Positions 14,915-23,564 of a stretch of 31,590 nucleotides of DNA are shown one piece after another (position 1 is the stretch's first letter; each line of letters opens with the position of its first letter). This DNA is from a virus. The translations under genes were made by a program, and so were the position numbers. The notes beneath the pieces were generated by a model. That model was not told where the DNA came from. It ran no database searches and saw only the letters and a program-made list of their open reading frames with translations. The DNA is taken from the IMG/VR virus record IMGVR_UViG_3300019476_000022; one strand, written 5' to 3'.

Positions 14915-17227
14915 TTACGATTTATCGAACTCATAACGCACCTGATCGTCTGTCGAGGTGGCGTTGACTATCTTGATGTTGTTAACGTGCTTACACTTCG
15001 CATTACTACAACGCACTTGTGCGATCATCTGCGTGACACCCTTGATGTTTAGGTAGCGGCCACACTCCTCGCATCGCAAGTCCAGATCAGCCATCTCGTC
15101 ATCAATGATTCGCCGCTCAGCGTTGAGATACGCCTTGACGACGCGGTACTTCGGGTGGCAATGACCGTTTGGGTGGACATCATAGCCATCGTTTTGTGCA
15201 AAGTTGTTGATAAATATACCGCCGTCCCTGCCAATGATTGCCTCATTCAGATTTAGGATTGGCTCATCAACTGCCACCCACTTATCGATTAGCGTTGCAC
15301 AAAACTCACACGGCTTGCCGGTTTCACTCTCCATTGATTTCTCGATCAGCGTACCTGTCTGATTCTGTACCTGCTTCATCGCCTCAACACTCGACAATGC
15401 ATCAGCTCGTGATATCTCAGTACGAGCCATTCGCTGCACTCGCCACTCGTCGGTCTTCATAATGCCACGCAGCTTCTCCTCTAGCTCAGATTGTGCCCAG
15501 CCATGAGATGCCGCATGATCAAGCACGCGGCGGATTGAGGCGGCCGTATCATCGGCGTATGAGCGAGCCACATTTAGTAGATATGCTCGGTATGCTTCCT
15601 GTGTTGACGCTGCCACCACAAAGCCCGTTAGCTCGGTGGTAGACACTCCGTTATCTATCAGTAGCTGCTTACCATCCTCAAAGTAAATTGCCCCCTGAAC
15701 TATCATCAGCGCCACGATAATCAATAGTAGCGCTTCGGCAAATTCGTTCTGTTCGTCGTCTTCTTCAGTGCTGTTTTCGGCCGTCTGGCGTGATTCAGCA
15801 ATCGCTCGGTCGACTTGCTTCTGCATAAACTCAGTCGTTGCGTCATAGATCAGCTGCTCGAAATCATCGAGCGTCTGCGGCTGATCATCGACTGATGCTT
15901 TTGGGCTGGTGCCGTTCGCTTCTCCCCAAACCCCCGTGTCGCCAACCTTGCGGCGATCTGGTGCGTCTGCCACTTCATCTCCCTCGTCAACATCTGGCTT
16001 GTCATTTTCAATCTCTGGCGGTTTGTAATCGCCCTTACGCAATAGCTTAAAGTTGTTCGGCAGCTTCAGTGCATCGATAATACTCTCAGTGCTGTAGCCT
16101 GCCGCCTCCAACTTCAAGATGGAATTGATACGAATATCATCAGCCTCAGCCTGCACCTTGACCTCGTCGACGACCTGAGGAATAGCGAACTCGTAGGTAA
16201 TGGCCACGCCCATACCGCCGGTGATTCGGTTCAGCTCGTGCGTCAGCTGTGTGTAGTTGCGTAGCAGCAATGGATCAACGACATTCTCAGCAAACACCTG
16301 CTTGGACACCTGTGCGTTAGCGTACGTCGCCGTGTCATCGATACCTTTCATGATTGCCGACACACCGAACGACGTATCAATACGCCTGTCTACCTGCTTA
16401 AATAAGTTCTCAAAGTCAATATCTTTGTTTGGTTGTGAAAACGGCACCCACTCAACGGCCGCTGTAGTCGACGGCTTGCCGGTCTTAGAATCAACCGGTC
16501 GGTGCGTGTAGGTGACGTTGTTATTGCTGCCAGCTCCGCGATGAGCGTCTTGCAACATCGCCACACTCTCCTGGAAAGCCTGCCGTGTTGGTGCGGTAAT
16601 AATGAATTGCCCAGCTGGCACTGCTCCGTTCTCGAAAAAGCCGGCCTGGAAATCGGCAATGTAGTCGTCAAGTGTCGCCCAACGTCTTGAGGCTTCAGAT
16701 GGCGAATAGCCAGCATATAAATCGTTCGGGTCAACGCCGCCAGGCAGCACCAGCACCTCATCTTCAGTAAACGTCTGCGTGCCGACGGTGTATGTTGTCT
16801 TGCCGCCAACCCTAGAAATTCGCGGGAGCTCCAGGAACGTAAAGCCGGCAATATTCTTGCCGCCCTGCCCCATGAAGTCGCCGCCAGGATTTGCCGTGCC
16901 GCCGTAGTTACTCCACACCAAAATGTACGTCTTACGCAGCGATAGCGTCGATACAGCTATCTTCTCGGCGAACGCCACCGAGCTGTCAGATTTATTCGGG
17001 TGGTACAGTGCATTGATGACTTCATGCGGCACTTGCTTGCCGTTGCCGTCGATAGCAAACGGCCGCACCGTCATGTACTTATTGGCAATCGTACGAATAT
17101 TAGGATAAGCCGTCGCGTAACTGCTGGCTCGGTAATGATCGAACATCGATAATCTTTGAAAAGCAGGGTCAACACCGCTCACACGCCGCTCACCCCTTAA
17201 TCCCATGGCTGTCTTAATAATTCCCAT
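14915..17227 (-). CDS. Portal protein fused to a MuF/SPP1 gp7-like head-morphogenesis domain and a C-terminal Mu Com-like zinc ribbon
   Basis: 770 aa. The N-terminal half is portal-sized and directly follows terL. WRVQRMARTEISRA...HPNGHCHPKYRV is MuF-like. LRCEECGRYLNIKGVTQMIAQVRCSNAKCKHVNNIKIV matches the Com pattern (IRC..C..L.....I.IRC..CK). Confidence 0.75.
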   Translation of the reverse strand: MGIIKTAMGLRGERRVSGVDPAFQRLSMFDHYRASSYATAYPNIRTIANKYMTVRPFAIDGNGKQVPHEVINALYHPNKSDSSVAFAEKIAVSTLSLRKTYILVWSNYGGTANPGGDFMGQGGKNIAGFTFLELPRISRVGGKTTYTVGTQTFTEDEVLVLPGGVDPNDLYAGYSPSEASRRWATLDDYIADFQAGFFENGAVPAGQFIITAPTRQAFQESVAMLQDAHRGAGSNNNVTYTHRPVDSKTGKPSTTAAVEWVPFSQPNKDIDFENLFKQVDRRIDTSFGVSAIMKGIDDTATYANAQVSKQVFAENVVDPLLLRNYTQLTHELNRITGGMGVAITYEFAIPQVVDEVKVQAEADDIRINSILKLEAAGYSTESIIDALKLPNNFKLLRKGDYKPPEIENDKPDVDEGDEVADAPDRRKVGDTGVWGEANGTSPKASVDDQPQTLDDFEQLIYDATTEFMQKQVDRAIAESRQTAENSTEEDDEQNEFAEALLLIIVALMIVQGAIYFEDGKQLLIDNGVSTTELTGFVVAASTQEAYRAYLLNVARSYADDTAASIRRVLDHAASHGWAQSELEEKLRGIMKTDEWRVQRMARTEISRADALSSVEAMKQVQNQTGTLIEKSMESETGKPCEFCATLIDKWVAVDEPILNLNEAIIGRDGGIFINNFAQNDGYDVHPNGHCHPKYRVVKAYLNAERRIIDDEMADLDLRCEECGRYLNIKGVTQMIAQVRCSNAKCKHVNNIKIVNATSTDDQVRYEFDKS

Positions 17228-17431
17228 CTACTTATTGCTCCTGTATAAATAAACCGACCAAAATATCAGCTGTACGCCGACAAATACCACTGTGGCGACC
17301 TTGCCGCCGTAATATAGCCAAATACAAAATGGCACACCGACGAACATCAGCAGCCCTATCCACGCCTCGATGACAGTGTCCTTGTCTGGCTTTTGAAACT
17401 TTAATTTGCGCAAAAAGTCTTTCAATTTCAT
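17228..17431 (-). CDS. Small two-TM membrane protein between terL and portal
   Basis: 67 aa with hydrophobic helices IEAWIGLLMFVGVPFCIWLYY and VATVVFVGVQLIFWSVYLY. Its stop abuts the portal ATG. Confidence 0.6.
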   Translation of the reverse strand: MKLKDFLRKLKFQKPDKDTVIEAWIGLLMFVGVPFCIWLYYGGKVATVVFVGVQLIFWSVYLYRSNK

Positions 17432-17458
17432 ATAGTCCTCTAACTGTAAATATACGGA

Positions 17459-18856
17459 TTACATAATTCCGCCCCACTCCATCACTACCTCGTGCTTCAG
17501 TTGTAGCCAAAAGCCCATCAATACCGAATCGAATATGTCAGGCGATTTGCCGAGCCGCTTCTTGATTGATTCCTTAGATTCCAACACAAACACCTTGTCT
17601 TTATATTCATGATGATGCATCTGTGCCTCCTTGATGAACTCATTGAGAAAAGGAAAGCTCTCGAGGATTTTGACCTTGCCGCTATCTAGCCCCATAGCCA
17701 ACATATATGCCACTTGTGATCGTAAATTATTAAACGCCATCAGCTCCTGTGAACGCTCAGCGTCCTCTCGGCTCTTTGGCTCGTCGCCAAATGTCAGGAA
17801 TGGATCAGGCGCAAAGCCAGACTTAAACACCGCAAACTCAGCACCGCGGTCTTTACCGCCATCGATAACGCCAACGCCAACACCAACACCGTCAACCGCG
17901 ATATTCTCGTACCCAATAGCGAAGTTATCTGAATGATCAATCAGCCACTCTGCCTGCTTGCCTGTTTCCATCTGCTCGCTTGAATCTTTCGTGATGCTGC
18001 CATCAATCAGTGTCAGGTTCTCCCAATCTGCCGCCACGCTGCGGTCAACACCATCACGTGCCACGTCGTAGCCAGTCGTTTTGCGTCCTGGCTCGTAGCT
18101 ACTCACAATCGCCTTAGCGAAAATGCTCGAACGGAATATCGTCTTGCTCTCGTCCTGGTACTCCCAGTTATTTTTGAGGTACCGCTCGACCCACCATGTC
18201 GGGTTGGTCATCATCGCGTCGATGTCTGATTGCATTTGCCACGAATCAGACAAATCGAACTCGACCACACGAATATTTGACGGCAGCGGCTCATACTTGC
18301 CATTCCCGCCATACTTCCAGCGCATGTACACCTCTTTAATATGCTCGACATCATTTGGGTTTAGGGTGATAATAGCGATGCTTGGCTGTCCGTTAGTATT
18401 GCGGCGGCCCTTACGGGACTTAGCCGTAGTAAACATCGTCAGCGACAATTCGTCGGCCTCATCAATGTGACTAGCGCTAGCGTTGATACCCTTAATTTTC
18501 TGGCCGCTCCTGTCTTTCGTCTCGTCCGCCTCCACAAAGCCAATCTTTGAGCCGTTAGGAAACTTGATTTCATAGTCTTGGCCGTTATATGTGTAATCCT
18601 CGCCCTCCTTGAAGTTCTTGCGGTCGAGCATCGTCAGATACGACGGAATCACCGATCGCTTCGCCGTGCTGATATTCTTGCGAAAAACCGTCCAGTATGT
18701 CTTCTCAAATGTGTCGCAAATATCGATGCCGACGCTCGCCGCAATGTCTGTCTTGCCAGTACCTACCGCACCAATCAAATAAATAGTATCGACTTCAGGG
18801 CAGTCGTTAATAATATCGACAACGCTTTGCTGCTTCGGCTTTAATTCTAGCGACAT
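17459..18856 (-). CDS. terL: Terminase large subunit
   Basis: 465 aa with Walker A GAVGTGKT near the N-terminus. Typical size and position upstream of the portal gene. Confidence 0.9.
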   Translation of the reverse strand: MSLELKPKQQSVVDIINDCPEVDTIYLIGAVGTGKTDIAASVGIDICDTFEKTYWTVFRKNISTAKRSVIPSYLTMLDRKNFKEGEDYTYNGQDYEIKFPNGSKIGFVEADETKDRSGQKIKGINASASHIDEADELSLTMFTTAKSRKGRRNTNGQPSIAIITLNPNDVEHIKEVYMRWKYGGNGKYEPLPSNIRVVEFDLSDSWQMQSDIDAMMTNPTWWVERYLKNNWEYQDESKTIFRSSIFAKAIVSSYEPGRKTTGYDVARDGVDRSVAADWENLTLIDGSITKDSSEQMETGKQAEWLIDHSDNFAIGYENIAVDGVGVGVGVIDGGKDRGAEFAVFKSGFAPDPFLTFGDEPKSREDAERSQELMAFNNLRSQVAYMLAMGLDSGKVKILESFPFLNEFIKEAQMHHHEYKDKVFVLESKESIKKRLGKSPDIFDSVLMGFWLQLKHEVVMEWGGIM

Positions 18857-18859
18857 GAG

Positions 18860-19405
18860 CTATTCGCCTTTCGTTTTGCGCGGCTTGATAGTCGATACGA
18901 TTTTTGGCGGCTGCTTCTCACGAACATCGACAGACAAATCAACGTGATCAACTGGCTTGCCGAATGCTCGGTCGAGCATGTCCTTAATAGCTTTGTTATC
19001 TGGCTTCTGCGTAGCGATGAAATAATACTCATCGTCCACGCCATCCAGCTCGCCATCAAGAAATGCCGCAATAGTCTCAGGGTCGGTAACTTGCTCTGCC
19101 GGCAACCGATTGCCTTTGCGGTCAGTCCTGATCACAAACAACAACTGTACGCCAGTAGCCAGCCGAAACTGTGCTTCGTATAGTTTGTCAGCATTCCTAG
19201 TGATTCGATCTAAAATCCGCTGCTTCTCTTTCATCCGATCTAGCACTTTTTGGGTCTTTTTGCCCTTAACGCCGCCGCTGCCCTTTCTGGCTCCACCATG
19301 AGTTGACGGCGACGTACGATTACAACTGGCTACGTGAACATCGTAGTTGTCTTGCCGCTTATACTTTCGGCCGCATTTAGGACATGATTTGAAGTCATCT
19401 TTCAT
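18860..19405 (-). CDS. Putative terminase small subunit with an N-terminal zinc finger
   Basis: 181 aa, immediately upstream of terL. Contains CPKCGRKYKRQDNYDVHVASC and a basic linker. Confidence 0.5.
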   Translation of the reverse strand: MKDDFKSCPKCGRKYKRQDNYDVHVASCNRTSPSTHGGARKGSGGVKGKKTQKVLDRMKEKQRILDRITRNADKLYEAQFRLATGVQLLFVIRTDRKGNRLPAEQVTDPETIAAFLDGELDGVDDEYYFIATQKPDNKAIKDMLDRAFGKPVDHVDLSVDVREKQPPKIVSTIKPRKTKGE

Positions 19406-19415
19406 GGTTATAATT

Positions 19416-19736
19416 CTAGAGATTGACGCGTAGTTCCTTTGGTATTGACTGCTCGGAAACAGCTGAGATGTGCACGCCGTAACTGTTCGCGATGAGCTGT
19501 GCCTGCATGAGAGTCAAGCCCTTGGTGCTTTGTAGCTTACGCAGCATATTCTGATATGGTTTTTTATTTCGGTCTTGCCAAGACTGTAAGAGAATATAGT
19601 GCGACAACGGCTTGCATTTTCGCTCGTCGCCAATAATAATTGCTTGTTTCGAAATATAATAAATGGCGACCTGCCCGATCTCTTGACGGCGTCGCCTCGT
19701 CTTGTCTTGTTTGTCGATTTTTAGCCATTTGACCAT
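19416..19736 (-). CDS. Small basic protein with a C-terminal HTH-like segment (possible late regulator or packaging accessory)
   Basis: 106 aa. GLTLMQAQLIANSYGVHISAVSE looks HTH-like. It is the first gene after the 19763-19780 motif. Confidence 0.3.
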   Translation of the reverse strand: MVKWLKIDKQDKTRRRRQEIGQVAIYYISKQAIIIGDERKCKPLSHYILLQSWQDRNKKPYQNMLRKLQSTKGLTLMQAQLIANSYGVHISAVSEQSIPKELRVNL

Positions 19737-19897
19737 GTTTGTTATCCCTCCTCTACCTCTGAAATATACAGATTAGGCGCTGGCAATCGCGGCCTCCCAA
19801 CCGCTCAATCTCACCAGCGCCTAGCTATAAAATGCTTTGACTGTTTTATCAAGTAGTCAAGCGTTCCACTTCGGTCATAAACCTCTCAATCGTTCGA

Positions 19898-20248
19898 TTA
19901 CTCTTGCGTTTTTGGCGGAATAACAATCAGCTCGTCAAACGTCAAGATGAACGCTCGGCACCCCAGCAGCTGATCAACCTCAACCACCGCTTCGCTACCT
20001 TTCGTCGCAATCACATCGCCACATAGAGCTTCTGTCGGTTCGTCGCCATGCTTGAACGCAACCCTGTCGCCAACTTTAATCTCTGGTGTTTCAGACTGCG
20101 CACACTTCTCGTCGGCTTGAGATTTAGCACCATCAGCGATTGCCTTTGACGCGGCGCTAGCATTTTTAGCTACCGCTTCAAAAGATCCAGCGGCAGGCTT
20201 CAGCTTCCAGCTCTTGATTCTCAAAACGTTTTCCAAGTAAACGACCAT
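19898..20248 (-). CDS. Hypothetical protein
   Basis: 116-aa ORF on the coding strand, with its ATG at 20248. Confidence 0.6.
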   Translation of the reverse strand: MVVYLENVLRIKSWKLKPAAGSFEAVAKNASAASKAIADGAKSQADEKCAQSETPEIKVGDRVAFKHGDEPTEALCGDVIATKGSEAVVEVDQLLGCRAFILTFDELIVIPPKTQE

Positions 20249-20543
20249 CGACGACAGCTTTTAACATCGTGACGCATCTCCGTTTCAATCTCTTCAAGGT
20301 TCGTGAGACTCAAGAAATAACCTCTACGATAATTGACGTCAAAATTACCGTCCGAGTAATAGATAGCAGCGCCACTCAGGTCAGCGTCACTCAGGTCAGC
20401 GTCACTCAGGTTTGCGCCACTCAGGTTTGCGTCATCGTCAACAGCTGCTTCAACTGCTTTTTTATCGTGGCGTTCTCTGATTCATATTCAAACAACACGC
20501 CGCCGTGAATCCATGATTTAATTTCGATTTTAACTTTAGACAT
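20221..20543 (-). CDS. Pentapeptide-repeat protein requiring a -1 frameshift at A_AAA_AAG (20463-20457). The 0-frame product is 40 aa (20421-20543); the shifted product is 107 aa
   Basis: AGGAGG (20549-20554), then ATG at 20543. The 0 frame reads ..ENATIKK QLKQLLTMTQT*. The -1 frame reads ..AVEAAVDDD ANLSG ANLSD ADLSD ADLSG AAIYYSDGNF..WKTF* and has no start codon of its own (TGA 8 codons upstream of the slip site). Confidence 0.5.
20373..20432. repeat. 4 x 15-bp perfect-phase tandem repeat (CACTCAGGTCAGCGT x2, CACTCAGGTTTGCGY x2)
   Basis: Read directly from the sequence. On the minus strand it encodes the four A(N/D)LS(G/D) pentapeptides. Confidence 0.95.
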
Positions 20544-20552
20544 TTTAGCCTC

Positions 20553-20996
20553 CTATTTAGTTATTGATTCAATAAACTCAATCGCCGCGTCACAACCTTT
20601 GCACACGACGGTCTGAATACCAGCCTCATTGAGCGTTTTAATCCACTGCTTTTGATTTGCTGATGTCACGCCTCCTTTCTTGCGTTTCATTTCGATGAAT
20701 ACCAAGCGGCTAATAGGCTGGTCGTAATCAGCGCTATCGTCGCTATCAAGTGTTTCTACGTAGACTCGTCGTGTTCCTGTATTCGGCACGACTACGGCCA
20801 AATCTGGCACGCCAGAGCTCACACCAAGCTTCTTATTCTTGATTCTCTGCTTGTGGCTTTTGGTGTATGTTTCGTTAGGTACTCTGAAACGTGGATAGCC
20901 GTTATCATCCAGCCATTTGACAAACGCCTCTTGCTCTTGGTCTTCGTATGGATTATCTATGTTTGCGAGATTAGGCATTGCTACTTCCTCCGTCAA
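20553..20996 (-). CDS. VRR-NUC domain nuclease
   Basis: GVSSGVPDLAVVVP ... LVFIEMKRKKGGVTSANQKQWIKTLNEAGIQTVVCKG fits the VRR-NUC (PD-(D/E)xK) motifs. Confidence 0.7.
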   Translation of the reverse strand: MTEEVAMPNLANIDNPYEDQEQEAFVKWLDDNGYPRFRVPNETYTKSHKQRIKNKKLGVSSGVPDLAVVVPNTGTRRVYVETLDSDDSADYDQPISRLVFIEMKRKKGGVTSANQKQWIKTLNEAGIQTVVCKGCDAAIEFIESITK

Positions 20997-21288
20997 TTAC
21001 CTTGAAACATTCACTCGGCTTTCTCAAGAAGCGCTCGGTGTTCTCGCCATCTTTCATTTCAACCAGCACCTTGGTAACTTTTCGGGTTTTGAATATTACG
21101 AAGAGTCCATCAAGTAGGCGCGTAGTATGTTGCTCCTCGGTTACTCCGCCAGCAACAACAATGCCAAGTCCATATCTGTCGGGATTACTTTTTCTTTCGT
21201 CTCGATAGGCGAAATACACTTTGTCACCGATGGCAAGCCCATCAAAAGACTGCCGAAACGCCGACTCTTTAAGTTCGATTTTGCCCAT
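20971..21288 (-). CDS. Hypothetical protein
   Basis: 105-aa ORF with AGGAGGAAG RBS directly upstream. Confidence 0.6.
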   Translation of the reverse strand: MGKIELKESAFRQSFDGLAIGDKVYFAYRDERKSNPDRYGLGIVVAGGVTEEQHTTRLLDGLFVIFKTRKVTKVLVEMKDGENTERFLRKPSECFKVIDGGSSNA

Positions 21289-21410
21289 TACTTCCTCCTT
21301 TTTTTAGATTCATTAAGCCACTCTCGATACTGGACTTCGTCTTCGATTGCTGGCACGATTAGGGCTGTCAGTATTACGATTGCAAAAATTACCGCGATTA
21401 TTATGGTCAT
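21288..21410 (-). CDS. 40-aa single-TM peptide (missed by ORF track)
   Basis: Hand translation: MTIIIAVIFAIVILTALIVPAIEDEVQYREWLNESKKRRK*. ATGA overlap with the upstream stop and TAATG overlap with the downstream start. Confidence 0.45.
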   Translation of the reverse strand: MTIIIAVIFAIVILTALIVPAIEDEVQYREWLNESKKRRK

Positions 21411-21850
21411 GATTGTTTCTCCTCTGGCTTCTTGATTCGGACAAGGCGACAATTTGTAATGTATGTCCCCATGATGCTTGTCCTATCGCCCGTCTCTAAT
21501 GCTCTAAGCGCCGGTAGTCCCACGCCACACATCTCTACAATCTGGCAGACGATGTTAATTTTGTTGCCAGTCTCCGCATCTGGATAGATAACCAAAACAT
21601 AATCGTGCATCCGCAACTTGTCATCGTCGCCTATTTCCCAGTCGTCGTAGGTAAAATGGCTTAAAACCAGGTCGCAGCATGCTGCGTGGTTATAGTTGTA
21701 ATCGCTGTGGTCTAGCGGCTCTTTAACGTAGTCTTCCCATAGCGGTTGGCCGCAGTTGTGGCATTCTGGACGGCCAGCGCAATAGCAAAGGTCGTGTCCG
21801 TCGTTGCATGACAGTGCACGAGGGTCGCCTCGTCGTTTTATGTCAGTCAT
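21407..21850 (-). CDS. Cys/His-rich hypothetical protein (probable metal binding)
   Basis: 147 aa containing CNDGHDLCYCAGRPECHNCGQP. Confidence 0.55.
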   Translation of the reverse strand: MTDIKRRGDPRALSCNDGHDLCYCAGRPECHNCGQPLWEDYVKEPLDHSDYNYNHAACCDLVLSHFTYDDWEIGDDDKLRMHDYVLVIYPDAETGNKINIVCQIVEMCGVGLPALRALETGDRTSIMGTYITNCRLVRIKKPEEKQS

Positions 21851-22271
21851 TGCGCCTCTTTTCTAGTCCTTTTTCAATCTCTGGAGTTTTCGATTGTGTT
21901 ATTGAGTAGTTGCCGTCTTTATCCAACATGTCGTACCTGCGCAGTATACTAAATGCTGATTCTACGACTGATGATCCACCTGTAGCATACACGCCATCAC
22001 CAATCACGTAGCCATATTGATACACCACCTCCAGCGCAAAATCGACCAATTCTTCGCGCAACTCTCGTTCGTGCCTATCAACAATTTTCTCGATATCGGC
22101 AAGCGCAGAGAGTTTTAGGCTATTCCATTTTGCAGCAGAGTTGGGCTCGTCATTAAAGCCACAACAGCCGGCAAAAGCCCTAGCCGCGAGCCCTCTAAAA
22201 TTGCACTCTAAACGATGATCTATTTTTGATTTGACACTAGATATCATTGACATCTCCTTTCTCATGTTCAC
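21843..22271 (-). CDS. Hypothetical protein
   Basis: 142-aa ORF on the coding strand that overlaps the next gene's start. Confidence 0.6.
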   Translation of the reverse strand: MNMRKEMSMISSVKSKIDHRLECNFRGLAARAFAGCCGFNDEPNSAAKWNSLKLSALADIEKIVDRHERELREELVDFALEVVYQYGYVIGDGVYATGGSSVVESAFSILRRYDMLDKDGNYSITQSKTPEIEKGLEKRRND

Positions 22272-22338
22272 AAAATTGACATTTTACTTGACTTTCAATT
22301 TTCAAATTAAAGTAAAATGGTGGTTTAGTTTAATTTCG

Positions 22339-22839
22339 TTACATCATCCACGTCTCGCCATCGTCATATGGATTAACGCCATTCACAAACTTGCCGCAAT
22401 TAGGACACATTGAGGCAGCGTCAGGGTAACTTCCAACACGATACGGCTTTAGCGATGCTTGATACGCTTTCCAGTTCCTGCTGTCGCCACGGACAAGCAA
22501 CATTTCGCCATACGGATTTGTGCGAACAACGATTTTGCCATCATGAACATATGCTCGGTCAAAGTCGGTTTTCATGACTTTCTCAGCGGCGACGATAACG
22601 CTCTGTGGAATATTCATCGAGCAGGCTTTCGCGCCAGGCTCGGCGTCAACCTCGCGGCGGATCAGCTTATAACCGTCTGTAGCGATGAGTGTGGCTTTAT
22701 ATATGCCTTTCTCCTGCTCGACAACCTCCAGTCTGACATTCTCCAGAACCTTATTCTGCGGCGTTGGCTTCTGCGCCATTTTATATACAGCGATCTGCTG
22801 TTTGGTTAGCGAAACGATACTGCTCACTTCTCCCACCAA
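22339..22839 (-). CDS. Hypothetical protein with a beta-clamp-like motif and a C-terminal CxxC
   Basis: LIATDGYKLIRREV resembles the DnaN hallmark ATDGHRLA. The protein is only about one clamp domain long (166 aa). Confidence 0.3.
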   Translation of the reverse strand: MVGEVSSIVSLTKQQIAVYKMAQKPTPQNKVLENVRLEVVEQEKGIYKATLIATDGYKLIRREVDAEPGAKACSMNIPQSVIVAAEKVMKTDFDRAYVHDGKIVVRTNPYGEMLLVRGDSRNWKAYQASLKPYRVGSYPDAASMCPNCGKFVNGVNPYDDGETWMM

Positions 22840-23060
22840 AATCCTTTCTGCTCAGCGTCAGTCTCAGACGGATTGTCGTCCTTCAGACTGCCAGCTGGCT
22901 TATTATTTATCTTGACCGCGACGTCTACGCTCCGAACGCCATGCTCGAGTAGCCATTTCTTGGCTCGCTTAGCGTCGGCTTCGGTAGCGTAGTTTTTCGC
23001 GTGCGGCTTATTCTTGTCGTCGCTCCAGCGAACGGTGAATGTGCAATTCATTAGAGACAT
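22824..23060 (-). CDS. Hypothetical protein
   Basis: 78-aa ORF on the coding strand. Confidence 0.5.
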   Translation of the reverse strand: MSLMNCTFTVRWSDDKNKPHAKNYATEADAKRAKKWLLEHGVRSVDVAVKINNKPAGSLKDDNPSETDAEQKGFWWEK

Positions 23061-23220
23061 TACGTAGCCTCCAATTTCTTGCGCTTGCGGCGCTGTTTTT
23101 TGCGAAGTGCTTTTTTAGTCATTTGGATACTCTATCGTCAAGGTTGATTCCTCAATGTCTCCCAGATTCAATTTCTTGCCGCCAAAACTGATTCCATATA
23201 CAGTCCATCCACCTCCATTT

Positions 23221-23547
23221 TCAGTCTCCAAACCTCTCATACATACAATTTTCGTGCATATCTGGATAGTCTTTTCGCTCTGCGTCAGATTTAACGAGTG
23301 CCAAATTGCACATACTACATCTGCCGTACGGTGCGGTTTTTTCAAATTCAGCCAGCTCAGTGTCTTGTTTAGGTCTACGCTTGCTGATTCGGCCGCAAAT
23401 ACGAGCTGCTTCCCGATTGAGTGCAAAGCCTGTTTTGTCGCCTCTTGACCTCGATCCGCCCTTTCTGCCAATTTCACGGTAGAAGTTTGGATTTTTTGCG
23501 AGAATTGTTGCGGCAGCTTTCCTGCCGCCACTCTTCGTTCCCGTCAT
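23221..23547 (-). CDS. KGG-motif (stress-protein-like) small basic protein
   Basis: GGRKAAATILAKNPNFYREIGRKGGSRS resembles KGG repeat proteins. Preferred over the overlapping alternative-frame ORF 23115-23531. Confidence 0.4.
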   Translation of the reverse strand: MTGTKSGGRKAAATILAKNPNFYREIGRKGGSRSRGDKTGFALNREAARICGRISKRRPKQDTELAEFEKTAPYGRCSMCNLALVKSDAERKDYPDMHENCMYERFGD

Positions 23548-23564
23548 GACTCTCCTTTCATTTA

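Noticed and set aside
20373-20432. Short direct repeats that could be mistaken for a CRISPR array
   Set aside because: The four 15-bp units are contiguous with no spacers. They are in phase with a coding frame (pentapeptide repeats) and no cas genes are present.
23115-23531. 138-aa ORF overlapping 23221-23547 in another frame
   Set aside because: The other frame carries a recognisable KGG-type motif and a sensible start. Only the last ~41 codons (from the ATG at 23240) could be a separate small gene, and that start has no RBS. Left unresolved.
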